64,000 nt of DNA from assembly GCA_902761715.1 (NCBI GenBank), contig CACWLK010000004.1:17122-81121 (forward strand), in the 5' to 3' direction. Below, piece after piece: positions 61,270 through 64,000 of this stretch. The notes under the pieces are model-generated. The model did not search any database and was not told the origin of the DNA. It worked only from the letters and a program-made list of their open reading frames with translations. Both the position numbers and the translations under genes were made by a program. Numbering within the stretch: the stretch's first letter is position 1; every line of letters begins with the position of its first letter. This stretch comes from an uncultured Rhodospirillales bacterium (GTDB lineage Bacteria > Pseudomonadota > Alphaproteobacteria > RF32 > CAG-239).

Positions 61270-64000
61270 TCAATCCTCGCTGAAATCAAGCACTCTGTGC
61301 CCTTCTTGCTTAATCAGTTCCTCTGTGCGCTCAATATCTTCCAAATTACGCCTGATTGTAACGGTTTTTCCGCCGGCGGTTGCAATGGTTCCGACATTTT
61401 CGCTGATTTTTTGTTTTATTTTTTCATCGTCCAGTTTTTTCTGATGAGCTTTTTCCTCTGCCGATATAGTCGCATCAACATAATTGACATATTCATCAAT
61501 TGAAGTCCTCATCTCTTCAATATTGCCGTCAATCTTGTGGTACGCTTCGGAAAAGCTTGTTGCATATCCGTCAAGCAACGCCGCATCATTAACATTTTTA
61601 GCCGCAATATTATCTCTTTCGACTTGGCGTTTTAATGTATCAACTTCAGACATCAGACGATCCAATTTTTGACGAATGGCACGAGCTTTCGGATCCTGTT
61701 CTAAAGAATATTTTGCATTAAAAGCTGCCAACCTGTTTCCGAAATCTCCGTTTGCATCCATATATTTTGAATATGCCGCCTGCACTTGTCCGGCTCGCTC
61801 TGAAACTTTTCCATAATAATCTTTAATTCTCAGACGAACATCTTGACTGCGTAACACTTTCAAATCTAAGGCTGCCTTTTTAATTCTGTCGGTCAAAACA
61901 TCATTTCTTGTTTGCAAATCGGCAATCACATCGTCAGTTACTACCGGCACCTTTTTCTTGGCAACAATATCTTTTATTTCCGCATCTATCGAATTTATTT
62001 CCTCACCGATTTTGGCATATGCCGCTTGCATTTTTTGGTCTTCAGCTTTGGCGCTGTATGCCTCAAACTCAGGTTTGAGCGATTCATACAACTTGATACG
62101 CGATTTTTCGACATATTCTTGTTGCAAGTCCATCAGTGCACGATATTTTTCCACTTTTGCATTTTCAGCGGCTTTTGCCTCAGCAATCATCTCTTTTTCT
62201 CTCGCCGCATACATATCAGACAAAGCCGCAACATCAACATCGAGTGAAGGAGCATTAATTGCACCGTCTAACGAAAAATCAAAACCTGCCAATGACTGAT
62301 TTTCCTTAAATGTAACTTTGAAAGTTGCCGACTGTGTCCAATCGTCTATGCTGCCGTGAGCCGTAGCACCAACACTATATGCTCCTGACTCAAATGATGT
62401 ATTGTAGATACGATAATTACCGTTATTTACCTCAAAAGATCCCTCCAAACTGTCAAACTGAGTTTCTCCACCGCTCAGATTTTCTTGCATCATCATCTTC
62501 ATGCCTTCAGTGGTTGCCCGTGCATCCAAATCTGTTTCTATTGCTTCGAGATCCCAGCCTTTTACCAACGGTTTATTTATGACAAAAGTCCCTTTTCCGC
62601 TGAATTGCGACATAATATCATCAACCGTAGTCGCTTTAGTATTAAAGGTTACATCAGAGGTAATAACGCCTTTTTTCAGCCCGTAGCTTATGCCGTTCCA
62701 CTTCTCTCTGTTCAAATCTATATTATACAGACTTAGTTTTCCGCTCAGACTGTTTTTGTCCGGAACATTCAATATAACGTCAGCGCTAACCGTACCTTCA
62801 CCGTCATCTCCTTTAAATTGTACAATTTTCAAAACTTGTTTATCAAGTTGCATTCCCCACGAGGCGTTTGTTAAAGTCTCCCCATACAAAGATATCTTTC
62901 CGGCATTAACCTTAGCCTCGACATTCCAATCTTTCAACCAGTCATAGTTAATATTTGCTTTGCTCAAAACCGGCTTATTCAGGAACGGGGCTTTTTCGCT
63001 TTTCGGGCGGAAAGAGCTAACCTCTGCTCCTGCACCTGTATTATAAAAGAAACGTTCCAACTCCAAACTGTTTGCCTTCAGATTCGTTTTTACCTGCCGC
63101 ATTTTTCCTTCGGTTGAATACAGCAAATCTCCGTTGAAATTATTTGCACCGATATAAGCATCGGCATTTTTCAGTAATACGCCGTTTTTATTTCTTTTTA
63201 TATCTGTACTGATTTTAAACAATCCGAGCGGATATTCCGGATGATAGCCGATTGAAAAATTATTTAATGTTCGTACAAAATCATTACTGCGTGCATCAAG
63301 TTTACCATCGAGTTCAAAACCGTCTTCGTTGCGGTTAATCGCACCTTCGTACGAAAAATCAATATCACCGAATTTTGATGATGACTTCAACATCACGCTT
63401 GATAAATTACCGCTGATTACACCTTCCGAACTGAATTTTGATAAATTTTTCAAATTAGCAGACGGAATTTCTATCTTCAGTCTTTCGGTAAAAGCTTTGG
63501 TATCTTTAACATCAATATCATAAGTCAAATTTTTGACCTCAGGCTCTCCACCGAAACCCGTAATTGCGCCTTTTGCCGAAAATTGTGCCGAAGCAACTTC
63601 ACCAAGATTCAACTCCTTAAACACCAGCGCACCTTCTTTTACAGCACCTTCTGCATACAGTTTTTCAAACGGGATCTGTCCCCAAATTCCCGAATTTAAT
63701 GTTAATCTGAACTGAATGTCTGCATCTTTCAAACCGGCAAGTTTTCCAAAACGATATCGAATTTGCTCATCGATTTTTGCATTTGCAACATCGTCCGGCA
63801 TATTTTTTATATAATTGTCAAAGTTAATATTGTCCGATTCGGCAATAACAAAATACCTGTTTATGGCTCCTCTTACCAGCCCCAGCTTACCATTAATACC
63901 TACCTTATCAACGTTAAACACAAACGGTGCCACTTTAACCGTTTGCGGAGTTCCAGAAATGGTAAATTTTGCCGAAGCTTTCTTATACAGTTGGTTAGAC
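61270..64000 (-). CDS. AsmA-family envelope protein with a ~320-aa helical C-terminal extension (5' end outside window)
   Basis: The frame stays open upstream of the GTG at 63933 to the window edge. The AsmA_2-like block is GKGTFVINKPLVKGWDLEAIE...GGETQFDSLEGSFEVNNGNYRIYNTSFESGAYSVGATAHGSID. The last ~320 aa are coiled-coil-like. Confidence 0.6.
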   Translation of the reverse strand, partial: SNQLYKKASAKFTISGTPQTVKVAPFVFNVDKVGINGKLGLVRGAINRYFVIAESDNINFDNYIKNMPDDVANAKIDEQIRYRFGKLAGLKDADIQFRLTLNSGIWGQIPFEKLYAEGAVKEGALVFKELNLGEVASAQFSAKGAITGFGGEPEVKNLTYDIDVKDTKAFTERLKIEIPSANLKNLSKFSSEGVISGNLSSVMLKSSSKFGDIDFSYEGAINRNEDGFELDGKLDARSNDFVRTLNNFSIGYHPEYPLGLFKISTDIKRNKNGVLLKNADAYIGANNFNGDLLYSTEGKMRQVKTNLKANSLELERFFYNTGAGAEVSSFRPKSEKAPFLNKPVLSKANINYDWLKDWNVEAKVNAGKISLYGETLTNASWGMQLDKQVLKIVQFKGDDGEGTVSADVILNVPDKNSLSGKLSLYNIDLNREKWNGISYGLKKGVITSDVTFNTKATTVDDIMSQFSGKGTFVINKPLVKGWDLEAIETDLDARATTEGMKMMMQENLSGGETQFDSLEGSFEVNNGNYRIYNTSFESGAYSVGATAHGSIDDWTQSATFKVTFKENQSLAGFDFSLDGAINAPSLDVDVAALSDMYAAREKEMIAEAKAAENAKVEKYRALMDLQQEYVEKSRIKLYESLKPEFEAYSAKAEDQKMQAAYAKIGEEINSIDAEIKDIVAKKKVPVVTDDVIADLQTRNDVLTDRIKKAALDLKVLRSQDVRLRIKDYYGKVSERAGQVQAAYSKYMDANGDFGNRLAAFNAKYSLEQDPKARAIRQKLDRLMSEVDTLKRQVERDNIAAKNVNDAALLDGYATSFSEAYHKIDGNIEEMRTSIDEYVNYVDATISAEEKAHQKKLDDEKIKQKISENVGTIATAGGKTVTIRRNLEDIERTEELIKQEGHRVLDFSED

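Overview
AT-rich (about 40% GC by eye, not computed), densely coding 64-kb chromosomal window. Nearly all of it is housekeeping. The ribosomal protein sequences, for example S10 [22 protein letters not shown]...[19 protein letters not shown], look alphaproteobacterial from memory, so this is probably a low-GC, host-associated alphaproteobacterium (inference). In order, the window holds: the uvrB 3' end, smpB, a bactofilin plus M23 peptidase pair, ftsB, tadA, rsmD, a plsC-like gene, ftsEX, argS, eno, pgk and gapA. Next comes an accessory insert at 17.6-24.6 kb. After it runs the S10-spc-alpha ribosomal superoperon on the minus strand (rplQ back to rpsJ, 24.7-40.5 kb), then rplS-trmD-rimM-rpsP-ffh, secA, a parvulin-type isomerase, tRNA-Asp, clpB, ychF-pth-rplY, galU and a partial AsmA-family gene. 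The most unusual content is the 17.6-24.6 kb insert between gapA and rplQ. It carries two tandem paralogous genes for ~850-aa secreted proteins that are extremely cysteine-rich and match no family I recognise. Each has its own consensus sigma70-type promoter (a 32-nt stretch is identical between the two) and its own terminator. A lipoprotein gene with a Bacteroidota-style N-terminus follows, and it carries a degenerate third copy of the same 5' cassette. Other notable points: (1) the normally contiguous ribosomal operon is broken twice by plus-strand genes, between rplO and secY and between rpoA and rplQ; (2) a family of modular hairpin repeats with a conserved apical motif and compensating stem changes lies at the 3' ends of pgk and rpoA; (3) L17 and the AsmA-like protein have unusual C-terminal extensions; (4) there are two small AT-rich islets, one with a truncated ATPase plus a glycosylase, the other with an ankyrin protein plus a thioredoxin-fold lipoprotein next to tRNA-Asp. 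No CRISPR array, rRNA, transposase or integrase was seen. All calls come from reading the ORF translations and the DNA by eye. Family assignments are from memory of motifs, and no search was run.
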